Source: Ramazzottius varieornatus (taxonomy: Eukaryota > Animalia > Tardigrada). Taken from it: a DNA stretch of 64,000 nucleotides. A program made the translations under genes and the position numbers. Shown one piece after another: positions 12,517 to 24,273 of the stretch. Under the pieces are notes generated by a model. It made no database searches. It worked only from the letters and a program-made list of their open reading frames with translations, and was not told the origin of the DNA. Position 1 is the stretch's first letter, and the number at the start of each line of letters is the position of its first letter. The stretch is from assembly GCA_001949185.1 (NCBI GenBank), contig BDGG01000020.1:124001-188000 (forward strand). Direction: 5' to 3'.

Positions 12517-13375
12517 CAGTGCTGCTTTAGTTAGTGAAATTAGAATCAGAACTACCTCGAAACCGGATTTTTCGACTTTAACTATGCTAATTTATATTAG
12601 CGGTTCCCCAGTCTGACTTTTAATAACTACTTCGAAGTCATTCGAAGTCGAACGGACTCGAACCAGCAGGCTATAGTAAAATAAAGAAGTGAAAGAACGT
12701 AGCACCGTACTTTTACTCAGTAAAGCAATTTTACTAAGCGGATATTTAATTAGCAAAACCGTGACTTTATCGCAAATCGGTGCATGACGTGCAGTGCGTC
12801 GGTTTTGGACCCCGTTTCATCGTCTAAGTTTTTAGACCCCGCATGATCGTCTACGGTATGCCCTGGACGTGATTACCGTTTCGCCTGCTCCCACTGGCAC
12901 TGCAGCTACAGTACAGTACAGTGTATTACAGCACTATATGGCTACAGTACGCAAACTCTGCAATTTTTTGTACAAATGTGATCGATTCTTTGCTTGGAAT
13001 TTCTTTTCTGATATTTTTTGCTTCCGTTTAAAGGTTTGTCTCAGAGTTTTGCATGTTTTGCTGTATGCAGACAAGGTCAAACGATGTCGGCCAAAGACCA
13101 GCCGTTTGCATGAACTAAAATTTACGAAAATGGTCCGTGAATGGCTGGTCATTGGCCGATATTGTTCCATCTAGTATGCATACGACAAACCATGCACAAC
13201 TCTGAGACGAACCTTTAAAATCAAATTTAATTCGGGAAACTGCGGACTTTCAATTAAACAAAAGTTTCACTTCTTAAGTTTGGCGCCCGAAGTAATTGAA
13301 AGTTGGCGCTTTTAGGGAGTTCTAACTAACAGCTAGTAGAAGTTAAACTCGGAAAGTCATAGCAAAACAGCACTG
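12517..13375. mobile_element. hAT-like MITE
   Basis: TIRs cagtgctgcttt / aaaacagcactg. Perfect 8-bp TSD attgccgg at 12509-12516 and 13376-13383. Confidence 0.85.
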
Positions 13376-13476
13376 ATTGCCGGACTAGCTTATATTGAAG
13401 TTCGAGGTCAAAGGATGACCTCCGACGACCTTGAGCTGCTCGAAGCAAACCAACAATTCGTTTCGCAGCTCTACGG

Positions 13477-13858
13477 TAGAGCACTGGGCCGCAGGTCCAA
13501 AGGTACGCTGCAACTGTGCTGCGCACATTACTGTGCTGCGCAACTTTCATGCCCAGTGGCCTGGTGCACGTTGACCTGGTGCAACTGCGCGGAACGCCGA
13601 TGTATTGACGTGGTTTGTAATTCAGTCAGCGACGTCGGTAGTCAGCCTGGAGAACGTTGCTCTAAAGTACGGCAAACCTGAGACGGCTGACGTTCGAATG
13701 CCCAAAAACTGAAATTTTTGTCAGTTTTCGGTAGGTACATCTGCGCGGTAGTCTATGGCTTTCTGCTGTATGCTGTGCTGTGCCGCACAAATTTCGTCAG
13801 CTGCAGCACAGCACAGCTGCAGTGCAATGCAGCGCATGCGGCCAGATTCCGTGCTCTT
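13477..13858. mobile_element. hAT-like MITE; partial related copy at ~28950-29135 in a plexin-like intron
   Basis: TIRs tagagcac / gtgctctt. Perfect 8-bp TSD ctctacgg at 13469-13476 and 13859-13866. Shared gcagcacagcacagctgc block with ~29080. Confidence 0.8.
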
Positions 13859-13908
13859 CTCTACGGCATGCGCACTTTACACAGCGGTCCCTCTACCCCT
13901 CTAGTCTC

Positions 13909-14518
13909 TAGTACTGGCAAAAATACGATAAAACTGGATACGATATTTTTCGATACAATATCGGCGGATATTTTATCGCGGTCTTCGATATTCATTTGAT
14001 ATAGATATTCCGATACGATATTCTTGCGTGAATGTATTTTCGATATATCGTTTCATACCGCAGCGATCGATATTTCGGGAATTTTAGTTTTTCGGAATTC
14101 CACGGGTCCAAGCTCAAAAAGTCGAGAAGCTGATTTCCACATAATGTATTATTAAGATTGAAAGCGTCGGATGCGGCGAAGACAGGATTATGCCAAGACT
14201 TCAAACACATGGAAACCTGCACAGGATTAGTACCAGAACCGAATGGGTGGAGTGTGCTCAGTACACCACGGCCAAGTTCAGAAATCAACCATGATCTTCC
14301 GTAAACGAGATAGCACTGGCGAGGTAGCCATTCATCAAGATACCGATATATCGAAAATATATCGATCTGGCGCGATACGATATCGTTGGATATTTCATTA
14401 CATTATTCGATACGCGTTTCATATCGATGTTTTCGATACGATATCTGCCGCATATTTTATCGCAAAGATTCGATATTTCTCGATACGATATCGGTACACC
14501 GTATCGTTGCCAGCACTA
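13909..14518. mobile_element. hAT-like MITE with GATATC/CGATA-rich subterminal repeats
   Basis: TIRs tagtactggcaa / ttgccagcacta. TSD ctagtctc / ctagtctt (7/8). Confidence 0.8.
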
Positions 14519-14547
14519 CTAGTCTTTCTGGTTGCAGGCACTTGCAG

Positions 14548-15100
14548 CCAGTGTTGTTCCGATATGGCTTTTTCAATTTCAATTGAGATTATGATAAATC
14601 GAGATACCTCTCGCAGCAGCAATTTGAATTGCAGCTACCTCTTCCTGGCTGGATTACCAATTACGATTAATCGAAACTGAGCTTACGACAGGAATTCAAA
14701 TTATCTGAATTATTACGACGTCATTTGGCAATTGTAATAATAGCGTGTCGAGTAAAGCGTAACCGTACAGAATGCCCTCTGACGCGCTACACCGACCATG
14801 TAATGCCCGAGGCATCTTATCCGGCTGCGATTCAGATCTTATCCGATTCGAAACTGGCGAGTATTTCATTCCACCTGCTGCAGACTTCTTTAAATTTGGA
14901 ACTCCAACGTTTGGAGCTCCAACAGAAATACTCAGCTAACTGGTGGCAGAGTGTGATGGTGGAGGCACGGAATTCTCGGAGAATGTAGTCAAGTTCACGG
15001 CGGATTCTTTAGGAGAAGTGCTCGTGAAAACCTTCTTACCCATACTTTGCGTGTCGGACTTCCGCTTTCCCTTGCTTCGATTCTTGACCTTGATTGAGAT
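14548..15100 (-). mobile_element. Truncated copy of the BED-finger hAT derivative seen at 57039-58200
   Basis: Starts with the same TIR cagtgttgttccgat. Peptide QSMGKKVFTSTSPKESAVNLTTFSENSVPPPSHSATS aligns with QKMGKKLSTSTSPIEPVVDLTTSSENCVPPPSPSATN. Confidence 0.75.
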
Positions 15101-15787
15101 ATCATTATAAAGACTTGGAACAAGAAAGACAAGAAAGGATTCGCAAAGTTTGAAAGAAGTTTCTCGGTCCCTGTTTTCTTCCAGATGTAGTTCCATCTCC
15201 GGAAGTACCGAGCTGTTTTGAATTCCTCCTCAGTCAGACCCGATTTTGGACTGCCTCTTCACAAGCTGGTGAGCTCAGCTATCTTGCGTGCTTTTACAGA
15301 TTTGGTCAGAACGGGCGGAGTTCCGCGGCTTGGCATTACAGCGTTCTCGTGACGTTATCCTCGACTGATGGTCCCATGAACTGCTTTGGATCTTCCAAGA
15401 AACCAGTCCGTCGATCGAGGTAAGATGCAAGGTATGGACGGAAGCAGCTTGAGTTACCGCAAGAGTGTCCATTGCTGACGTTGTTGTGTGATCGTAGTTG
15501 CCTTGCGAGCCTAGAGGTGTGACTCTGCTCGTGTCGAATTTCTTAGCCTCAACAGTGATTATAAGTTCACGTTCCGTTATCTGCATCTGCTTGCTGATTA
15601 ACGCTAAACCATGTACGCTGGTCTGTGTTGGTGTTTTGTGATTTGTTTTGCGGATTGTTATGCAAGAAAGCTGTTGATCAATTTCGTGGATGATGGGTTG
15701 ATTTCTTCAGTTTCGATGGTTTTGTCGCCGATGCGTACCCGTATGCTCATCGCTGTATCGTTATACATGACTATATTCGTTCACAGT

Positions 15788-18216
15788 ATGCCAGCGGACG
15801 AACGCTGCGCCAAGTCGCAGCTTTATCGACAAGTGGAGGAGCACAAATGGCCGATTGTCTACAGTCCAGAATATAATTTATCAGTACTAGGGTGAGTGGA
15901 GGTATAACGCCAGAAGTCGCAACTGAGCTTATTCGGTTTTCAATGCAGAAAGTTAACTGGGCCGTGACGTCATGTGTGTCGAGGTCGCTACACGTGACGT
16001 TACGGTTCAGTTCACCCAACTGGTCCTAACACAATGCTGGGTCTTGATTGTTGATTGAGTGACTTCGACCGTTGGCCGTTTTCGGCTTTGTCAGTTTTTA
16101 GTGTGTATGGTGTTCCGACATGTTAGACGGTTCACTATGGTTGGTAGGTTGGAGAAGTTACATCCATTCGATGCAGGAAAATGGGGGAAAGTTTACCACA
16201 AGCTGGTGGCCGAGGGAATGATTTCGAAGGAGACTGTCGTCGAACCAGTCGAAGCCACCACGGACGATTTGCTTCTCGTGCACACTTCCCGGTACCTCGA
16301 CAGTCTAACGGTGAGGATTGTCAGATTAGCTCGTTCATCAGAAGATTGTTTCGTTATTCGGGGTTCATACGTTCACGGTTTGTGTTACTTTCCTATAGTC
16401 GAGTGCGACGGTGGCGAGGATTACGGAAGTTCCACCAGCTGCGATGGTTCCCAACAGCGTTCTGCAGACCAAGTTTCTCCGACCGATGCGCCTCCAGACT
16501 GGCGGCACTGTCCTTGTAAGAATGATCTAGTCAAGCTTGTGTGGATCATGTATTCTGACTAACGGATACAAGTCCGGTTAACTCAAACAAACTCGGTAAG
16601 ATCGTTTTCGCAAGTGTCGCACGTTATTGGCTGAAAGCGTGCGCCACTTTGAAAAGCGGTCTTGTCGAATTTGTTCGTCGGCTCCCATAGTCATGTCTTT
16701 TGCTCTTCGTAGGCCGGAAAGCTGGCCCTGGAACGTGGATGGGCGATCAACATCGGCGGAGGTAGCCACCGTTTCTTTTGTGGCTTGCTCGTCAGTTTTA
16801 GGTCGGCTTGATGAACGTCTGGTTTTTACTGATAGGGTTTCATCATTGTTCTGCGGACGATGGCGGTGGATTTTGTCCTTACGCCGACATCACCCTCTGT
16901 CTGAAGTTCCTTTTCGTCAAGAAGCTGATACACAAAGCCCTCATCATCGACTTGGACGCACATCAGGTAGTTTGCTTCGTCAGTGTCGTTCTTTCTGAAC
17001 AGGGAAGCTGTAATCGTCTACTTCGTTTAGGGTAATGGCCACGAAAACGACTTCTTGGGCGACGACAAGGTGTACATCCTGGACATGTACAATGGCTCAA
17101 TATACCCTCATGACGAGCGAGCCAAGAAAGCCATCAGACGGAAAATCGAACTGAGATCTTACATGGCGGATGAAGAATACCTGGAGAAAGTCCAAACGTA
17201 AGTCGCCATATCACTAGCGTTCCGAAGTCACCTCGATGTAGTCTTTGTCACAAGAAGGTACTGTCAGATTCGGTATATACTGGATCGATATGCCCATCGT
17301 TTTAGGCACGTGGCTGGAGCCCTGAACGAGTTCAAGCCGGATTTCGTAATGTACAATGCCGGCACCGATATCCTGATAAACGACCCGCTGGGCAGACTGG
17401 TAAGACTACCTCGTTATTTTGTGAGTCGTCAGTTTTGCCAGTTGCTTATCTGGTTTTTCCTTAACCCGGATTCAGCTTTCTGCGACTTTATCTGAAGTGG
17501 GAAGAAGTAGTTACACTGAGAATTTTTGATATCATAACTTTCAAATTTTGCGTTTGTGTACTATTGTATGATGCACTGCTGTTTGTCCATGTTCCCCAAA
17601 ACAATATTGGTTTCTTCCGGACGCTTTCTAGTTTTCTTTACAGCTGCCGAATATCAGTACATTTCTTTCTCGAGAGGAGAAAACGTGAGCAGCTCGCACA
17701 GCAAAGCTGGGGCCTGGCGTGGCCTAGGTGACGTGTCCCCTGTGACGTCACTTCCGGTCAGAGAATGTTTTCAGGGAATAACTTTTGATCTTGTGGAGGG
17801 ATAGATTAATTGTGAGCAAACGTTTTGTTCGGCTCGTCAAGATCTATCGAACGGTGTACAGGTTGACCGGAAGGTCGAGAATGGTCCGATCGATTCACCT
17901 TTGTCGTCCCTTTGAGTTTTCTCATAGTGGTCGTTGTTGAGACGACCGATGTTTCAACTCTTTGTTCTGTCTTTCGCAGAGTATTACTCCAGATGGGATC
18001 TGTCAGCGTGACCAGATCGTCTTTGAAGAATGCAGGAAGCGAAATGTGCCGGTAGTAATGGTTACCAGTGGTGGTTACCAGAAAGACACCGGCCCCATCA
18101 TTGCCGACTCCATCCTGAATCTCTGGAGAAAGAAGCTTATCCAGTGGCAACCAGCCAGCGAACACGTCAGGAAGAATGGACAAGCCATTGCAAAAGCAAG
18201 TCATGACGAACTGTAA
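15788..18216 (+). CDS. HDAC11: Class IV histone deacetylase, about 8 exons
   Basis: WPIVYSPEYN, GLEKLHPFDAGKWGKV, LLLVHTSRYL, GWAINIGGGFHHCS..GGGFCPYADITL, IIDLDAHQGNGHEND, YNAGTDILINDPLG, VMVTSGGYQK. Confidence 0.96.
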
Positions 18217-18965
18217 GACTTTGAAGGTTTTTCTTCTCGGTTGGTAATGCGAAACGGGGTGATATCGGTTTATCTCAGGTTGATAAATTTCTTTCCGGAC
18301 GATTTGTTGTGTTATTGGAAGTGTTACGCACCGATGTACTGATTTGCCAGAGTATGTCAAATTTTAAAATTTATTCAGAGGTTGATTGGGTGTCAAAGTT
18401 CGTTGCGGTGTGAACTATTGGACTCGGTTTTATGGAATCTCTTACAAATTTATGAAATTCCTGTTACGTCTTCCGGAATATTTTTGTGAATTTACGAAAT
18501 AAAACAGAATAATGTACTAAATTTGGTCGTTTGCGTGCTCGCTGGAAAAGTCGATTGGAGGTCAAGTGCGTAAAAAAATTCTGACCGTGTGAGAAAAGTT
18601 AGACAAGATGAAAAGAGATGAACTTGATTGCGACCGGGTATTTCCGGCTGCATTGGACTTTACCATGCGACCTTCCCCTTTTCAATTGTAAAAGCTTTAG
18701 AGATGAAGGACGATTAGCTGGTCATCCTGCTCTCACGGCGTCTGCTCGACTATAAAATTCTTACGGGACACTTTCTAATCGAGATTGAAGACGGGTAAAA
18801 GTTCAGCTTTAAGTACCGAGCAAACAAAAGTCGGCAGAAAGTTACAGTCAGAGTTCGTCACGGCAAAAGACGGAAGTAGAAAAGTGAAAGAGGCATTATT
18901 CATATGGAAATGGTCTCACATGGAAGATAACGGTGGAAATGTTACTACGAAATTCGCGAAGAAAC

Positions 18966-19996
18966 TTAATTCTGTTTGTAGCTTTGGGTGACTTTCTCGG
19001 ACTGTGAGACGGTAGACGAGCTTGACTGGGTGTTGCCTGCTGAGGCATCCATGTTGACCTGTGAACAGATCGAAAACACAGCATTAGAAAACTGATAACG
19101 GGAGAGAGAGGTACGAGGAAAAGTACGGTTGGAAGGGAATACGGTACCTGGATGTCGGTGTGGAACTTGGCGCGTTCAAGAGTCTGGCGAGCCTTTTGTC
19201 GCTCGCGTTCGAGTTCCTTCTTGGCATAGCGGGCTTCCAGGTCGATCATCTTCTTTTGTTGTTCGATGGTCTGCTCAACCAGCTCTTTCCGGAACTCCAC
19301 ATCGCGCAGGTGCTGCTTCTCGAGCTCCTTTCGGATCCTCTCAGTTTCTACTTCCTGAAACACAAAATTTTAGGTACTTCGTTTCGACATTGATAGCTTC
19401 TGCCTTCTTCGGACTCTCGAACGAAGTTTTTGCTTCGGGAGAAAGACAACTGTGAAATACTGGAGAAATAGAATACTCGTAGGGAAACCGTCCCAGCTTC
19501 ATCGACTTTGTCATATACGATATTCCGAGAACCGTTGCGAACGAACAATTAGCTACCGGCAACGTTTGAAAAGTTGGCCACCCCTTTTCTCTTCAAACAC
19601 CCAGCTTACCTGTTGTTTTCGGTAGAGTTCGGTCTTGCGCTCGAGCTCGCGCTCAAACTGCTTGTTGAGTTGTTCGATCTCGTGCTGCTTGGCAATGTTG
19701 TCGCGGCGAACTTCCTCGGACTGTTGTTCGGTCTCCTCGACGTGGAGCTCGTTGGAAGCGCCGGTGATACGGGAGACGGAGGCCTGGAAGCCTTCGCCGA
19801 CGAGCTCTTGGGCTAAACCGGCCGAGGTGCTGATGAAGGGCGCAGGGATGTGAGGCAGGTTGACTTTGACATCGGTGTGCGTGAAGCTGGAGTGTTCGAC
19901 CTCCTTCTTGCTCTGCTCGTTCTGCTGTCCGTCCTGCTGGTATCCGCTGTTGTTGTTCTCAGAGACGTAGACGTTCTGCTGCTGGTAATCGGCCAT
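18966..19996 (-). CDS. CAHS: Cytoplasmic-abundant heat-soluble (CAHS) tardigrade intrinsically disordered protein, 228 aa; exons 19996-19610, 19354-19148, 19058-18966
   Basis: Family motifs [43 protein letters not shown], coiled coil [63 protein letters not shown]-terminus [20 protein letters not shown]. Both introns are phase-0 GT-AG. Confidence 0.96.
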
Positions 19997-20101
19997 TGCG
20001 ACAAACCGGGATGAGGGATGTGTGGGAAAGCTAAAGTATGCTGGGAAGCAACGAAACTAGAGAAAGTTGAGTACTGAATCGTGAGTAAAGCTCTAGCTCA
20101 G

Positions 20102-20108
20102 TTTTATA
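20102..20108 (-). promoter_or_regulatory. TATA box of CAHS gene
   Basis: TATAAAA on the minus strand ~105 nt upstream of the CAHS ATG. Confidence 0.65.
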
Positions 20109-20882
20109 GTCTGCTACAGTATCCATCGGTCTACGCCATGGTATTTTCCTTCCCTACGCACTACCCGACACGTAAGACAGCAGTGTGGGAGACAGTGCAA
20201 TGTCCACACTGGTCAAAGTTGAGGTTTTGGCTACTCTTGCGGCGCTGTTGTTTGGGCTATGGGACAAGGTCCGGCCAAGCATGATCCATTGGGTCAGCGG
20301 TAAAACCAAAGCTTTGGTAAAACTGCGTGGAAGGTCCACAGGTGAAACCACCGGTAGCGCACTTCGCTCTACGATTCGAACCTTTCCCGTAAGATGTGGC
20401 GTTCAAAGGTTCAGCTTGGTGTCGTATACGTACTATGGTCCACGGTCCACAGGGTGTAGTTTCCAATCGTCGAGTTACACATTGTGGCCGTTGGCAATTT
20501 TCCGCCTAGTTGGACTTATTGCTCACAAGGGGACTGTAATGTGTGAGCTCTTGGAGTGGCATCAGCGAACTGATCTTATTCACGCAAAATTTGGTCATGT
20601 ACCAATATGATCACAGAATCTACCATAAACTCGTTGATATGATCGGGATTCGAATAAGGAGCAGCGCAGATCCAAATGATTTAAGCAGGGCGTAATTCGA
20701 GGACACGGAATGCAGAGATGTACACATAATCTGCGAGTACACGCGAGAAACGAATATCATCGAAAGACACATCTGAGCATTCACAAGGGCGAGATAGGAA
20801 AGCAAAACAAGAGTGGGAAAGCTATGGTGGGGCTAGGTCAGTAAGAAGGCGCAATCTGTCTACATCTTTGAAGAATGGTTCA

Positions 20883-22290
20883 TCATCCTGATTGTGACGG
20901 CACATCAGCAGCCGCCATTGGGGTACACGGTACCGGACCGGGCCACGCCGAAGGAATGAGCTCCAAGATGAACTCTTCCGAGGGAACTTGCGTGACAGCG
21001 GAGGATGGCACGGAACTGTATATCATACGGGAAATGCGGCAACGCCAAATAAGAACGCCGACTAGAATGGCCGCGAGGATGCCAGCGACTCCAAGGAGAG
21101 ACCAACAAGCGACTGATAAAATAGTTGTGCCATGTTTTGTCGCTATTGCCGCTGGATCGGTGGTTTTCTGACCCATTTGCTCTGGCGCAATGTCGGTGAG
21201 GAACTGGGTGGTGGGTTCGTGGACGATGGTGTCTTCGAATTTCGCTGGTGTTGACGGAGGATTCGTTTGGCCATCGTCGAAAGTGAGATTCTGGTACCCA
21301 CCACCGACCATAGCTTTTTTTAGTGTTGTGAGTCTGCAGCGTGACTTTTTCTTTGCTGGCCATAGGATAAAGCGCGCGTAGTGAGCGAACTGTGAATTCG
21401 TAGAGGAATCGGCTATCCTGATACTGTTCATATCGGTCGAGTTGTATCCTATGAAGATAGACGGCCTTCCTACTTGATCAGATTTTAGAATAGGGGCAAC
21501 GCATATTTGAAAATCACGACAGTCCAGAACGACGACGTCACAGGTAACGCTAAGCAGGACTGGTTGTGGGACTTCCTTGTTCAGTTGAGAGGCACCATAG
21601 TTCACCATTGACAGAGTCCCAACATAAGTGTCCATAGACGTGTGTGGCTTCGTTATCTCGTCTGCGGCAACAGAATGAAAATTTCGAGTTTACTTCATAA
21701 TAAATAAATTATTCTGATGGATTGATTCTGCCGCCGATCGTGAATTGGTTGTGTGTGCTTACGTGGCAGGGTAGGTTTCGGCGTTTCTTCGCAGGGGCTT
21801 CCAGGATAAAACCGAACATATGGAGCACCGATACGCGTTTCACTATGACATTCGAAAGCGCAATAGATATCCGTCATTATGTTAATCCCTAAACGTCCGT
21901 TGTAGTAGGAACAGCCGTCTACGATTCCACCGTCGTGCTTGTTAACTGGAAGCTCGATAGCACCACGGGACGAGTTCTTGCAAAACTTCACGTGTGGGAG
22001 TTCTTCCTCCGGAATGCCACAGGCGCGAATGTTAACCTTATCCAACGAGTCGCAGTGCACGTATGGGCTATCGTAGCTCGTAATGGTGTAGCTAGTGGCA
22101 AGTGTTCGAGAAACGGCCAACCGCTCCAGAGTTGGGACCCTGTCGCCGGTTGTCGTGGCGCACAATACCACAAGAACGACCGGGACGATGGCAGTCTACA
22201 GTAAAATACGAAACAAACATCTTACTGCTTTACCAAAAACATCAAAGTCTCAATCCAGTTGTAGCTACTTACAAGATCCAGAAGTTTCAT
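20883..22290 (-). CDS. Uncharacterised type-I membrane protein (~410 aa); exons 22290-22273, 22195-~21764, 21661-20883
   Basis: Spliced signal peptide MKLLDL|TAIVPVVLVVLCATTTG, Cys-rich ectodomain, T/P-rich stalk, TM ILSVACWSLLGVAGILAAILVGVLIW then RCR. Phase-consistent GT-AG introns. Confidence 0.7.
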
Positions 22291-22929
22291 AGCGGCCGAA
22301 GGTTAAGGTGGGCTGATGAATGCTCCCCCTTCTGGTTTCCGTCTGTTTCCAAATACGATATGTGGTCCGAAAACGAAAATCCTCTTGACGATTAACGAGA
22401 GGATCGGTGAATATTTCCAGCAAAAAACGAGCTGGATTGCGGTGGAACGTTACAGTGTGAAAACTTGAATGAAATCTGGTAAACGTGTACATCTGTGCGC
22501 ATTTCAAATACTTATCAGAGCTTTACGATGAACAATCTTAACTAATCACTTACTGATAACAATGCCTTCCGTTCAGAGGCCGCAAAATCTGGTCCGCCGC
22601 GCGGCAGACGGCACATGCGCAGCCCTCACGCGCTGATATGGGTGGGTGGGCACGCGACGGCGGCGTAGAACGTCTCCGGAAGAAACATGACTGCAAGTGG
22701 CCGAAGAAACAAAACCGAGGTTTCGCCAGTAACCTTCAGCTGTGTTTCTTCGACCACTTGACTGCATCAGTTCTTTAAAACGTCCTTTCTTCCTGTCTGA
22801 AGATGTTATCCAGACAGGTGAGTGGCTCATCCTTAGATAAATGGCCGCGGAATGTTTGCTGAATGCTACAACTGTACGTGTGTCGAACGTTATATGCTAT
22901 GTCAGCAGTTTTTACAGTCGGTATGACAG

Positions 22930-23215
22930 CCGACCGTCAGGTTGTCTGTCCGCCCGAAATTCATGTGGACCCGTCAGGACGTGTTCTGACAGAAATAGAC
23001 CAGCCGAAATTAATGAAACGACTGAGGATGAACAGGATCGCATTGCGATCCCAAACGGACCAGACTTGAAGCGACCAAAACGAGACCGGAGTGCGAACGG
23101 CTGCGCATCTGGATCTCAAGACGGACTCGGGAAACATAGCTTGCGGATGCTTCCAGAGTCCGTTCCATCGTCGTGTGTGTCTCGACTCGGACCCGTCTTT
23201 GGTCGTTGGGAGACT
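22930..23215. repeat. Dispersed repeat; second copy at ~46626-46940 with ccgtcag/ctgacgg ends
   Basis: Co-linear shared blocks gaacaggatcgcattgcgatc, ggatctcaagacggactcgggaaa, cggatgctt..gagtccg. Confidence 0.65.
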
Positions 23216-24273
23216 CGAGTGATGAAGATCTTTCACATTTGGCCTACCTGTAAAAGTCGTAATAATGCAATCACTTCGAAAACTTTCGGACACAGTTACC
23301 GTACCGATCAGCGGTCAGCCTACTTGTTTACACTCCATAACGGAAATAGTAATGTCACCGGTAGACCAAAGGTTTGTATTAAAGTCATAAAGGTGCGCCC
23401 CATGTACGACCAGTAAGTGGGCAGGGGTCAAGACCAAGAGTTTCCAAATGCAGGGCATGCACCTCTACCGGTCAGCAGGCCGTTGAGTAAAGAAGTAGGC
23501 CGAGCATCCGTGTCCAGAGAGACTTAGCCATTCATCTCGTTCAGTGACTATTTTTTCCAGCGAGAAAAGTATTCAGAGGGTGGAAACGACCTCAAATGAA
23601 AGTTATCAAAGAGTCGAAAGTACAGTGATTCTGGAGTTCCCTGCCTATGAATGGCTTGATTGGGCCGTCTGGAGTTGTCTTGCCGTTACCCTTTACTGCC
23701 TTGTCTTTACTGCCTTTACTGCCCCTTTACTGCCTCGTCTTGAACTCCAAGCATTCAGTGGAGGAAGGAGTGGAGCGTCTGTGTCGTCATGGTCTATAAC
23801 AGCACCGCTTGTGCGATTGATTTCTGGAGCACTGAGGAACTAGGTCAAGAGTTGCGCTCCCTTATCGTTACTCAAACATGAAACTTAGGTGATCGGACGC
23901 CCACTACAAACGTTTTTATGCTATCTGGGATGATTTGTTGCCGTTGCGTGCAGTGGATCAACACCAGGTTGTCTTGAAGCGTTGACACGGTACGGTAAAA
24001 ATCAGTCAGAGTCCGAGATAACGGCACACAAAAGCACACACCCACACTGGTCACCCGGTCATGCTTAATCCACGATAACAACGATATAACAAGTTCCGAG
24101 AATCGGCATGCTCTTGGTAGACTACGCGGTATTCTTTGGCCGTTGAAGCAATTTTACCACAAGCCTATCTAACTGCAGTTGTGGATGTATTTGCGTGCAT
24201 GCAAATATATGCAAATTCTGCCTGTAGAATGTTAACCCACGATTTTCTACTAGAAACAGCCAGAAATCTGGTC

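Noticed and set aside
13909-14518. GATATC-rich periodic sequence (also 36918-37536) as CRISPR array or satellite
   Set aside because: No constant repeat-spacer structure. These are subterminal motifs of TIR/TSD-bounded MITEs in a eukaryote.
17806-18360. 184-aa minus-strand ORF
   Set aside because: Antisense to the last HDAC11 exon, non-ATG start, no recognisable features.
1-20108. PARP, HDAC11 and CAHS as a stress-tolerance gene cluster
   Set aside because: Interspersed with housekeeping genes and a TE nest, in mixed orientations. Nothing in the sequence indicates co-regulation.
22841-23416. 191-aa plus-strand ORF
   Set aside because: Largely spans a dispersed repeat also present at ~46626-46940.
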